Assembly: GCA_003942085.1 (NCBI GenBank)
Contig: DQIQ01000005.1
Coordinates: 1-61,425, forward strand
Source of the DNA: Thermoplasmata archaeon
GTDB lineage: Archaea > Thermoplasmatota > E2 > DHVEG-1
Direction of reading: 5' to 3'
Length of the DNA: 61,425 nucleotides
Part shown: positions 29,465-39,024 of the stretch, piece by piece
Numbering within the stretch: the first letter of the stretch is position 1
Layout: every line of letters starts with the position of its first letter
The notes under the pieces: generated by a model
What the model was told of the DNA's origin: nothing
Databases searched by the model: none
What the model saw: only the letters and a program-made list of their open reading frames with translations
Translations under genes and position numbers: made by a program

Positions 29465-32400
29465 TTATTTAATTTCTTCAGTGTCCTCATCTTGTTTTAA
29501 TCCAAATAAGTCTACGTCTCTAAATTTTGTTTGGATATTATCAACTGGTTTTATTGGTAATGTAAATCTAAAAATACTTCCTTTACCATCTTTGCTTTCC
29601 ACCCACATCTTACCACCATGAACGGTGACGATACTACGGGATAGCGCAAGCCCAATACCACCTCCGGAGTATTCTCTACTCTTGCCTTCATCAGATCGAT
29701 AAAACGCATTAAAAATTTTTTTCTGTTTATCCTTTGATATACCTTTTCCCGAGTCTTGAATTTCGAACAATATATCAGTTTCTTGTTTTTTTACGCGCAG
29801 AATAACCGTAGATTTATCCGGCGAGAATTTTATTGCATTTTCAAGAATATTTAGAATAACTTGTTTTATCCTCTCTGGGTCAACGATTAAATCCGGTATT
29901 TCATCCTCCATTTCAACATTGATTGCTATGTTTTTTACTTTTACAGATGGTTGCATTTTTTCGACTGCTTGGTTCACTATCGTTCCAACAATCGTTTTTT
30001 TCGGAGTAAAAATCATTTCTCCTGCTTCGATATGTGAAATATCTAAAAGACCAGACACAAGGTCGTCAAGACGATTTGCATTCCGTAACATTATCTCAAG
30101 ATATTTTTTTTGCTCATCGGTTATTTCACCAACGAGTTGATTTGACAACATCTGCGTATACGCTTTTATTGTCGTCAACGGAGATCTTATTTCGCGTGTA
30201 GTAACATCTAAAAAATCTGATTTTATTTGATTGAGTTTTTCCAGTTGAATGTTTTGGTGTTTGATTTTTTCTTCCCCCTGCTTATGCTCAAGCCATAGAC
30301 CAAGGGCTTTTGCAATGCTGTTGAGCATGTTCTGCTCTTCAGGGATCCAGAAGAGCTTGTCTTCGACGTAGTAGACCCACAACTGCCCACGGGCTTCACC
30401 CCTCACAATAATCTCTGCATGGAGACTGTACAACAACCCCTCGGTGAACATCTCGGAGGTAAATCGTCTACCATCCAGTTCAATAACGGGTACGGTGATC
30501 TCTGGGAACTGCATGGCTGACTTCAAGTGCTCGATAGTTCGCTGGCAAAGCTCATCCACGGACAGGTTTTCTTTCATGTCGCTGTTCACTGCGTAGATAC
30601 AGGTCTGCTCCTTCATCCTTTCCCGCAGTGCTGTCTCAATTTTCTTGCGCTCGGTGATCTCTCGTGCGACGCCTTGAATAAGATATGGTTTATTATCTTT
30701 GTAAATAACAGAAGCCTGCGTCTCTACAATAATAGTCTCTCCATCTTTCCTTCGTAGTTTGTATTCTGAGATCATTTTTTGAGAACCGGTTTTTTTAAGT
30801 TCAGAAGTAGTTTCATATGTTTTTCGTAGTTCATCTTCATTCAGGATTAAAGATGCAAAATTCAGTTTTACAACTTCATCTTTTGTGTAACCAAACATGT
30901 GGAGAGCTGCAGGGTTTGCATCAATGAAGTTACCCTGAAAATCATGGATATAGATGGCATCCATTGAACGGTCATAAAGGGCGAGATATCGGTCTTTACT
31001 TTCTTTAAATCTCTGCTCTGCAAAGTCGCGTTGAATAACACGAGCGACAGTGTTACTGATTTCATCCAGCATGGTTTCTTCAACAGGTATTATAGGATGT
31101 TTTGAAAAAAGGGCTAGAACACCTAACGGTTCTTCGTTGGAAAAACGAATCTGATATCCTACAAACGATACAAGTCCTAGTTCACGCGCCCATTCGTTGT
31201 TGTGAATACGTGAATCATTCTGTACATCATTTGTGATAAATTTGTGTTCTTCTCCTGACGCGATACGTCCGATCTTGTAGCAGCCCAATGGGACACGATG
31301 GTGGATTTTACCATCAGTATGGGTGTAGCGACCAGAGCTTGCCAGTAAATGCAGACACCGGTCGCGGTAACGACAGACGTGCGGTCCTTCATGCACTTCA
31401 GCATGGATGCATCCCTGGTCACAAAGATCTCCTGATTGGACAAGCCAAATTCTGCAGAAATCAGCGTCGAAGAGATGAACGACTTCATCGGTTATCATTT
31501 TAAGTTTGTCTTCAAATGCTCCTGGTAGAAGAAGAGACTGTTGAAGTATGTTAACACCTTGTTGCCACAGAAGCATTTTCTCACGTTCCGTCTCAACCTG
31601 TTTTTGTTCGGTAATATCTCTGACGGTAGCTTGTAAGAATCGTCGTCCTTTGATTTCCATTCTATTCAACAGAACGGTCGTTGAAAAACTAGTGCCATCT
31701 AAACGCTTGTGTATCCACTCGAAAAAGTGGGAACCTTCGCGCATAGCTGTTTCAATCATCTCTTTAGCCTTCTCTGCAGAAGTGCGTCCATCTGGTTGGT
31801 ACTCGGGAGATAAATCCCCAGGTCCACAGGAAATGAATTCCTCTACGTTCCTCGCCTTAAACATTTTTACTGTCGCCGGGTTTCCGGTTGTGAAATTCCA
31901 GGATGGAGGTTCAAGAAACATCATAGCATCTCGGGAGCTATCAAAAAGAACTCGATGACGTTCTTCGCTCTCCTTTAATATATCTTCTGCATGCTTGCGT
32001 TCGGTGATATCACGAATGATTCCGACCGCGTGCAATTGACCACGTATTTGAACTGGTGACACCGATAGATCCAGAGGAAATTTAGTCCCATCTTTTCGTA
32101 ATCCCTCCATCTCGATTGTTTTATTCAGTCCTGGTCCTTCACCAGTCTTCTGGAAATGGATGAACCCTTTCATAAATGCGTCGAGGTACTGATTGGGAAC
32201 TAGTATCGTATGGAAGTTCTTTCCAGATATCTCTTCAGTTGAATACCCAAAGATTCTTTTCGCAGATTCATTCCAAAATGAAACACATCCTTGCGAATCT
32301 ATCATGATGATTGCATCAAGAGCTGCACTACTAATTCTACGGAATTTCTCTTCGCTTTCCTGCAAGGCATTTTCCGCTGTTTCTTTCTGTTTTATGATTT

Positions 32401-34003
32401 CCTTAAGCTCCTTGCTTTCTTTCTCAAGTTCAGCAATTTTTTTACTCACGCCGGTGGTTACTCCCTCATAACCTTCGAGACTTTTACCGACAACGATACC
32501 TTTATCGGTGATGTCATATAATCGAAGATTTTTACTATGTTCACTGCCCCTCATTTTGATAACGTTTATGACAGATTGTACATTACCTTGCATTTCAACA
32601 TATCGTAACAAGATAATATTATCTGATATTGTGGAAAGATTTGAATCAACATCTTTTGAATTGCTTATGAGCGAAGTTGTGGCTGATGTAAATAATGGGG
32701 TTACCTCACGAGTTTTCAAATATCCGTTCAATCGTTTTGAAAAACTCATAAATTCTTCTACTGAGAAAGCATTTGAAATGGCAGATAAAGGATCGACAAC
32801 GCATCGTCTGATTTTTTTTCCTTCCACTATTTGTTTTATTTCTGCCAGATGCTCTTCAAGATGCTTTTCGTTTGGATAAATGCATCGCATTATAAGAAGA
32901 CCTTCTCGTTCGTACTGTTCAAAATCCCATCCAAAGTTTTTAGCGTTTCTTAGCACTTGTTTCTTGCTTTCTTCGAATCCAGCATACAGACAGATCTCCC
33001 CGTTTTTCAATCCATCGGCAATGAAACTTAAACCTAACGTAGATTTTCCCGTACCAGGTGAACCTGTTATGAGAGTGGAGGAACCGACAAAAATTCCACC
33101 ACCTAACATTTCGTCCAATGCAGAAATTCCAATCGATATACGGTCTGTTGAAGAAAAATGTTCAAGAGGGACTCTGAGTTTAGGAAAAACGTTAATGCCA
33201 TCTTTTGAAATTTTGAATTGGATGTCATCTGATCTGAAATTTCTGCCTCTGACTTTGATAATCTGTATTATTCTTTGTGGTTCATCTTTTACTTTAATCT
33301 GATCAAATCGTAAAATAGCATCGGATATAAATTCCTCAACTTCGTACTTAGAATATTTATTCATTTCAGCAATTTCACTGATTAAAATAGTTGTACAGCC
33401 GAGTGTTGCTAGTGTTGTGCCTAAAGCAAAAATAAATGCTCTGATTTTAGCCCGGTCATCGATCTGATACGCAATCGCGGTAATTGAATCAATGCATACT
33501 CGTTTCGCATTTGTTCGTTTGACCTCTTCTCCAATAAAATCGAGAATTTTTCGCTGATCAAAACCTTCTTTCCCGTAGATCTCCCGCAGGTCAATGATTC
33601 TCAGCTTTTCATTTTCTACTGCATCTTTATTGTAATAACTCAATTTTTCAAGGTTTTCTAAGGTTTTAAAAAGTGGCTCGGTCAGCGTTATGTAAATTCC
33701 ATTTTCGTTGTGCTTAATTCCTTCAAAGAGCCACTGGAAAGAAAAAATAGTTTTACCACTCCCTGATGAACCAGCGAGTAAAATAATTGAACCCTTGGTA
33801 AATCCACCATCAAGAAGTTCATCAAAGTCTTTTATACCAGTTATGGAAACATTGCTTGTAGGTGGACAATACGTATTAGCAGCCAAAAGAACTTGTTCAG
33901 ACGGTTTTATGGGGGATTCTTTTTCCAATAGTATTTGATCTACTTCTTGTTCAGTATTCTGGTGTTGTTGGGAAAATTTGGTTAACATTTTTTCGTTTTG
34001 CAT
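29465..34003 (-). CDS. kaiC: KaiC(CI+CII)-PAS-PAS-GAF-PAS-GAF-like-HisKA(His to Arg)-HATPase fusion
   Basis: Walker A GSSGSGKT and GSPGTGKS, VEEFISD, FEES, DSNLSTISD, KVRG/KMRG fingers; H-box reads TTREIRSP; intact N/G boxes. Confidence 0.88.
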   Translation of the reverse strand: MQNEKMLTKFSQQHQNTEQEVDQILLEKESPIKPSEQVLLAANTYCPPTSNVSITGIKDFDELLDGGFTKGSIILLAGSSGSGKTIFSFQWLFEGIKHNENGIYITLTEPLFKTLENLEKLSYYNKDAVENEKLRIIDLREIYGKEGFDQRKILDFIGEEVKRTNAKRVCIDSITAIAYQIDDRAKIRAFIFALGTTLATLGCTTILISEIAEMNKYSKYEVEEFISDAILRFDQIKVKDEPQRIIQIIKVRGRNFRSDDIQFKISKDGINVFPKLRVPLEHFSSTDRISIGISALDEMLGGGIFVGSSTLITGSPGTGKSTLGLSFIADGLKNGEICLYAGFEESKKQVLRNAKNFGWDFEQYEREGLLIMRCIYPNEKHLEEHLAEIKQIVEGKKIRRCVVDPLSAISNAFSVEEFMSFSKRLNGYLKTREVTPLFTSATTSLISNSKDVDSNLSTISDNIILLRYVEMQGNVQSVINVIKMRGSEHSKNLRLYDITDKGIVVGKSLEGYEGVTTGVSKKIAELEKESKELKEIIKQKETAENALQESEEKFRRISSAALDAIIMIDSQGCVSFWNESAKRIFGYSTEEISGKNFHTILVPNQYLDAFMKGFIHFQKTGEGPGLNKTIEMEGLRKDGTKFPLDLSVSPVQIRGQLHAVGIIRDITERKHAEDILKESEERHRVLFDSSRDAMMFLEPPSWNFTTGNPATVKMFKARNVEEFISCGPGDLSPEYQPDGRTSAEKAKEMIETAMREGSHFFEWIHKRLDGTSFSTTVLLNRMEIKGRRFLQATVRDITEQKQVETEREKMLLWQQGVNILQQSLLLPGAFEDKLKMITDEVVHLFDADFCRIWLVQSGDLCDQGCIHAEVHEGPHVCRYRDRCLHLLASSGRYTHTDGKIHHRVPLGCYKIGRIASGEEHKFITNDVQNDSRIHNNEWARELGLVSFVGYQIRFSNEEPLGVLALFSKHPIIPVEETMLDEISNTVARVIQRDFAEQRFKESKDRYLALYDRSMDAIYIHDFQGNFIDANPAALHMFGYTKDEVVKLNFASLILNEDELRKTYETTSELKKTGSQKMISEYKLRRKDGETIIVETQASVIYKDNKPYLIQGVAREITERKKIETALRERMKEQTCIYAVNSDMKENLSVDELCQRTIEHLKSAMQFPEITVPVIELDGRRFTSEMFTEGLLYSLHAEIIVRGEARGQLWVYYVEDKLFWIPEEQNMLNSIAKALGLWLEHKQGEEKIKHQNIQLEKLNQIKSDFLDVTTREIRSPLTTIKAYTQMLSNQLVGEITDEQKKYLEIMLRNANRLDDLVSGLLDISHIEAGEMIFTPKKTIVGTIVNQAVEKMQPSVKVKNIAINVEMEDEIPDLIVDPERIKQVILNILENAIKFSPDKSTVILRVKKQETDILFEIQDSGKGISKDKQKKIFNAFYRSDEGKSREYSGGGIGLALSRSIVTVHGGKMWVESKDGKGSIFRFTLPIKPVDNIQTKFRDVDLFGLKQDEDTEEIK

Positions 34004-34153
34004 CCCTTCACCGAGAATTTAAAATGCCTTGTTTTTTAAACAACGAAAGTAATGGTTTTGCTGTCGCAAATATCATGATTGATAACATTTTCGTTAATCT
34101 ACTTTTGATTGAAACGTTTTTTTTGCATCCCATCGTTCCAGCTCACAATACAC

Positions 34154-34202
34154 ATTACAAATCAATTACATAATAATTACGAATAGTTTGATTACATATA
34201 AA
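34154..34202 (-). promoter_or_regulatory. Promoter: TATA box TTTATATG plus phased ATTAC boxes
   Basis: ATTAC at 34154, 34165, 34176 (and 34191); TATA at 34195-34202. Confidence 0.7.
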
Positions 34203-34328
34203 TATTTCTTTGCGACGATGGCAGGTATGCTTTATTTTTCAAATCCATTGAGCATAACAGATTATCAAAATAGGAATTAAATTATGTGATGACTTTTACT
34301 TAAGATCTATATTATTTCTTTAGTTATT

Positions 34329-34385
34329 ATGCTCATTGAGCATTACTTTTTAATTTACATTACAATCGTAATGTTTATAAATTAC
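34329..34385 (+). promoter_or_regulatory. Pilus-operon upstream region: 15-bp palindrome and ATTAC/GTAAT boxes
   Basis: ATGCTCA-T-TGAGCAT at 34329-34343; CATTAC-AATC-GTAATG at 34358-34373; ATTAC at 34381. Confidence 0.55.
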
Positions 34386-34514
34386 AGAACGTATATCTGA
34401 AAATCACAGAAACAGAGGACGGATGATGCACCAAATGGACTATACGTTTGTAGTTAGTTTTGGAAAAGACATCCATTGTTCAGAGCCTGGTGAAGTTGTT
34501 TTAAGGTTGGTTTA

Positions 34515-36494
34515 ATGAAAAACGAACCTGAAATTATAAAAATACTACGTAAAGAAGAAATTCTGAAAAAAAAAAGGAAAAAAAATCAGGGATTAGATTT
34601 ATCCACACCGTCAACAGAAATTTTCCGTGATAAAACCACTGAAATAGGAAAAGACCTGCCAGATAGTCCAGTCGCTCGTAATCCTGATTTAAAAATTAGG
34701 TCTGTTCTTGAGCAACATTTAGAAAATATTTTTGAAATAAAAACAACCGATGCGGATAGAAATCAGTCAGAAAATCAAGAGTTTCACACCAGGTTAATAG
34801 AGGACAATGACAATGAAATGGTCCAGAAAAAATCATCTGATCTTTCAATAGCACCACAAGGAAACAAGACTTTGGAAGAACCAGAAACGATTCAAATACC
34901 ACACTTGGAAAAAAAATATGAAGAGACAATAGATCCTAACAAAAAAACTCTCCAACAAAAGACAAACCACCCTGAAAAACAGACTACTGAAGAAACAATA
35001 CAACAGAGCCGAGAGCAAGAGGAACGAACAGGTTTTGGGTGGAAGGGTCTCGGAAGCCGAATCATTAAGTTTGATGAAAAAACAAGAACCCACATCTATG
35101 AGGTACATGAGCCTTTACTGGATGAAAATGAAAAGAAGATAAAAAACAGACTCATTGCACTGTTTGAATTACGCACCACCATTGATACGTTTAATAGCAG
35201 CACAACAGAAAAAATAACCATGCTGAATGAAGCATTAGAAAAGATTATCATTGATAACCATATTAAACTAAACGAGATATCAAAGGATAAAATTTTTTAC
35301 TATATTTTTCAAGAGTTCATAGGATACGGCAAAGTCGACATCTTGATGCATGATGAAGGGATTGAGGATATCTCCTGCGACGGCCCCAACATCCCTATCT
35401 TTATTTATCATAAAACACATGAATCGATTAGAAGCAACATCGTCTATGAAAACCCTGATGAGCTGGATTCCTTTGCCGTGAAACTGGCTCAGATCTGCGG
35501 CAAACAAATATCGATTTATGAGCCAATTGTCGATGGGAAACTTGCGGATGGGTCCCGGTTATCGGTCATGCTTGCAAAAACCGTGACACCATTTTCGACA
35601 TTTACCATTCGGAGATTCCGCACCGATCCTTTTACCCCCATCGATCTGATCAATTCTGGCACGATGTCCCTAGAGATGGCCGCGTATTTCTGGCTCGCGA
35701 TTGAAAACGGCGCATCCATCCTCTTCTGCGGAGGGACCGCCTCTGGAAAAACATCGACATTGAATGCCTTTGCACTCTTTTTACCAGCAGCATATAAGAT
35801 TTTTTCCATTGAGGACACTCGAGAGGTCATGCTCCCTCATGAGAACTGGGTCGCAGGGACCACAAGAACTGGTTTTTCGCAGTCTGTAGAACATAAAACA
35901 AGCAAAGATATTGATATGTTTGATCTTACAAGAGCAGCTCTGCGCCAGCGCCCCCAAGTCGTCATTGTCGGTGAGATACGGGGTCAGGAAGCCTATGCTC
36001 TTTTCCAGGCGATGGCAACTGGTCATATCTCTTACTCAACCATTCATGCAAGTGATATTCACACCTTGGTTCAAAGACTGGAAAACCCCCCGATATCCTT
36101 ACCAAAAGCACTGTTGACCTCCCTTAATCTGGTCGTGTTTTTAAAATCCACGGTGATAAATGGTCAACCTGCGCGAAGAATCACCAATGTCATCGAAATA
36201 ATAAAAATGGATGCCAGTACCAATAAACTAATTTTTACTGCCCCTTTTTCATGGGTTTCAGAGACAGAGGACCGCTTTAAAAGGGAAGCAAAAAGCATAT
36301 TACTTGATAGAACTAAAAACAAGAGAGGATGGAGTGATGAACAGCTTGTTTCAGAGCTGAGAAACAGGATCATTGTACTGGAATGGATGAGGAAAAACAA
36401 CATACGATCTTTTAGAGATGTTGGGAAGATTGTCGCACAATATAGCGAAGAATCTGATGCCGTTCTTGCAAAGGCAAAAGGAGCTTCTATATGA
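34515..36494 (+). CDS. Type IV pilus/archaellum-type assembly ATPase (PilB/ArlI/TadA-like) with long N-terminal extension
   Basis: EDISCDG, FTIRRF, GGTASGKT, IEDTRE, LRQRP..IVGEIRG, TGH...TIHA. Confidence 0.93.
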   Translation: MKNEPEIIKILRKEEILKKKRKKNQGLDLSTPSTEIFRDKTTEIGKDLPDSPVARNPDLKIRSVLEQHLENIFEIKTTDADRNQSENQEFHTRLIEDNDNEMVQKKSSDLSIAPQGNKTLEEPETIQIPHLEKKYEETIDPNKKTLQQKTNHPEKQTTEETIQQSREQEERTGFGWKGLGSRIIKFDEKTRTHIYEVHEPLLDENEKKIKNRLIALFELRTTIDTFNSSTTEKITMLNEALEKIIIDNHIKLNEISKDKIFYYIFQEFIGYGKVDILMHDEGIEDISCDGPNIPIFIYHKTHESIRSNIVYENPDELDSFAVKLAQICGKQISIYEPIVDGKLADGSRLSVMLAKTVTPFSTFTIRRFRTDPFTPIDLINSGTMSLEMAAYFWLAIENGASILFCGGTASGKTSTLNAFALFLPAAYKIFSIEDTREVMLPHENWVAGTTRTGFSQSVEHKTSKDIDMFDLTRAALRQRPQVVIVGEIRGQEAYALFQAMATGHISYSTIHASDIHTLVQRLENPPISLPKALLTSLNLVVFLKSTVINGQPARRITNVIEIIKMDASTNKLIFTAPFSWVSETEDRFKREAKSILLDRTKNKRGWSDEQLVSELRNRIIVLEWMRKNNIRSFRDVGKIVAQYSEESDAVLAKAKGASI

Positions 36495-38254
36495 AATCTA
36501 CAAGATATTCACAGTACTGTTCAGGGATATTTGACAGGTTTTTTTCAATAAAAACAAAACAGAAGTTCGAGGAAAAAAACATTACCTTAAAACAAGCCAA
36601 CATCAACATGATGTATCAGGAATACTCCTCGATGTTTTTAATGACCTTTATCCTAGGATTTATTATCACTACGGTCACTGCCCTCTTGCTTTTTGTGTTA
36701 TTCCCATCTCTTACTACACTTTTACTCGCAGTCCTTTTACCGCTGTGCATACCACTTGGCATATGGGGAGTGTGTCTATTCATCCCACATTCCGCCATTA
36801 AAAGAAGAGGAGCCAATATTGACAGGTTTCTACCATATGCGGTGAACTTTATCAGCACCATGGCGATTGCAGGCGTCTCACCTGCAGATATCTTCCGCTC
36901 ATTCGCAGCAATCGACGTCTACGGGGAAGTACAGACCGAAGCAAAAAAAATCATCAAAGAACTCGACATCATGGGTGTTGATACGATCACTGCGTTAAAA
37001 CACGCCATCGAAAAAACCCCTTCAAAAAAATTCAAATCGTTCCTCCAAGGGATAATTGGTGCTCTTCAATCAGGCAGTGATCTTCACATCTACCTTTCCA
37101 ACATCGTCGATCAGTACATGGCAGATGAATTTTTATCACGAAAGAAAAGTCTCGATACCCTTGGCATTCTCGCAGAAACATTTGTCACCACGCTCATTGC
37201 ATTTCCGATATTTCTCGTCATCATTATTTCCGTGATGGGGTTTATGAACGGTGACTCAAATTTCACAGTACAAATCTTATACATTTTTTCATTCATTGTT
37301 CTGCCAGTCGCCTATGGTGGGTATTACTTCCTCATAAAATCAACAAGTATAGAGGAGATTCGAAACCCAGAGGGGAAGAAAAAAAAAATTTCTCTGAAAG
37401 AGTATTACATAAAAAACAAACCATATGTTTTAATCCTACTTCTCTCCACAGCTGTTCTCCTTTCTTTTTACAGTGTTATTTTTATATTGAGTTATTATAA
37501 ATACATGATTTTTACGACCTATTTATTTTTTGATATTTTTTTCATCTCTGTGCTGGTTATCATAGGACCCTTTACGTTCTACTCTCATAAACAAGCGCAA
37601 AAACAGCGAGAAATCGAGAAAAGACTACCTGATTTTGTAATTGAACTGGGGAACTGTATCTCCGCTGGGATGACGGTCTTTGATGCAATTTCTATAGCTG
37701 CGAAAGGCCGCTATGGGAAATTAACCCCGGAAATACTAAAAATGAAAGCTGAACTCTCGTGGCATATACCGGTGACAAAGGTTTTTGATAATTTTGCATA
37801 CCGGATGAAATCAGCCATCGTCAAAAGAATAATCGTCTCGATAAATACCGGGCTAAAAATGGGAGGTATGACATCAAAAGTTTTTATGGCAGCAGCTAAA
37901 GAAATCAATCAAATTAATAATATCGAAGATCAGAGAAAATCAGAGATGTCGACGTACACCGCTGTCATCCTGGTGAGTTTTTTTGTGTTCCTAGGAATAA
38001 TAATGATCCTTAATTTAACGTTGTTTAAGTCATTTTTCTCAAACCAAAAAAATACGGTAAAAATGATTGGTATGATGATTAGCAATATGAATCCTAAGGC
38101 ATTAGAGTATGCGTTGTCTTCGTTTACGTTTGTTCAAGGTCTTGGCGCAGGACTCATAGCGGGATTTATGATGGATGGGAAGCTTTCTTCCGGACTTCGG
38201 TATAGCTTTGTTCTTGGCATTATTTCGCTTTTTGTGTTTAAATTTTTATTTTGA
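36491..38254 (+). CDS. Type IV pilus membrane platform protein (TadC/ArlJ-like, two T2SSF domains)
   Basis: IDRFLPYA...YGEV, TPSKKF and IEKRLPDF...YGKL halves; many TMs; coupled to the ATPase. Confidence 0.9.
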   Translation: MKSTRYSQYCSGIFDRFFSIKTKQKFEEKNITLKQANINMMYQEYSSMFLMTFILGFIITTVTALLLFVLFPSLTTLLLAVLLPLCIPLGIWGVCLFIPHSAIKRRGANIDRFLPYAVNFISTMAIAGVSPADIFRSFAAIDVYGEVQTEAKKIIKELDIMGVDTITALKHAIEKTPSKKFKSFLQGIIGALQSGSDLHIYLSNIVDQYMADEFLSRKKSLDTLGILAETFVTTLIAFPIFLVIIISVMGFMNGDSNFTVQILYIFSFIVLPVAYGGYYFLIKSTSIEEIRNPEGKKKKISLKEYYIKNKPYVLILLLSTAVLLSFYSVIFILSYYKYMIFTTYLFFDIFFISVLVIIGPFTFYSHKQAQKQREIEKRLPDFVIELGNCISAGMTVFDAISIAAKGRYGKLTPEILKMKAELSWHIPVTKVFDNFAYRMKSAIVKRIIVSINTGLKMGGMTSKVFMAAAKEINQINNIEDQRKSEMSTYTAVILVSFFVFLGIIMILNLTLFKSFFSNQKNTVKMIGMMISNMNPKALEYALSSFTFVQGLGAGLIAGFMMDGKLSSGLRYSFVLGIISLFVFKFLF

Positions 38255-38264
38255 AGATAGCGTG

Positions 38265-38711
38265 ATGGATTTGAAAAGAGAAGGGAAAAAAAAAGATGAG
38301 GCGGTTTCAGATGTCCTTGGAGCGGTCCTCATGCTCAGTATGGCGGTAGCACTTTTCGCTATTGTGTATATTGTGGTGATGTCCTTTCCGTTTCATTCAT
38401 CTGCACCTCGAGTGGATATTGTTGGAACGATACAGGGAAATACTATTGTTCTAGAACATCTCGGTGGTGAATCAATATCTGCTACTTCGAAGGTTTCTGT
38501 TGTGATAAATAGTACACAACATAGTCTAAATGTCAGTCAATATCTCGTTGATTCCAATGGGAATAAACTGTGGGATATGGGTGAACGACTGGTTTATCCA
38601 TCTGGAAATATAACAAATCTTCGGGTTGTAGCTACCGTAATCGACATGGGGAGCAATTCCATAGTGATGACGGGAGTTCTACAGGAGGGGAAAGCAATTG
38701 CAACACCTTGA
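38265..38711 (+). CDS. Archaeal type IV pilin (class III signal peptide)
   Basis: KKKDEA/VSDVLGAVLMLSMAV; HLGGESI; WDMGE. Confidence 0.85.
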   Translation: MDLKREGKKKDEAVSDVLGAVLMLSMAVALFAIVYIVVMSFPFHSSAPRVDIVGTIQGNTIVLEHLGGESISATSKVSVVINSTQHSLNVSQYLVDSNGNKLWDMGERLVYPSGNITNLRVVATVIDMGSNSIVMTGVLQEGKAIATP

Positions 38712-39024
38712 TGGTACTGCTCTTGATACTACTGAGATTACTGGTTCTTCAGCAATATTATGGTTGATTTATAAATTCATAAACTACGCAGGATCTAACC
38801 GGTTCACCTATAAACTTTCTGGAGACAGTTGGACAAATATCGCTTGGTGCCCCAAGTCAGGTTCAAGCTCTTACAATCAGAGCATTAGCGGTTTATTTCA
38901 GGGCATAGTTTATAATTTTAAGGCTCAGCTTCCTCAGGATTCTACTTCGATTGAGGGTGAAGTCAAGGTAAAAAAAAATGGAGAGAAAGAAAAGAAATCA
39001 CTTGCAATCAATAGCCTCAAATGA
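38698..39024 (+). pseudogene. Out-of-frame FN3-like segment, probably the frameshifted C-terminal domain of the preceding pilin
   Basis: +1 frame overlapping the pilin stop reads TTEITGSSAILW...FTYK...W...SISGLFQGIVYNFKAQL; only a TTG start. Confidence 0.45.

Noticed and set aside
29465-34003. Calling this a true circadian clock
   Set aside because: No kaiA or kaiB seen in the window, and oscillation cannot be inferred from sequence
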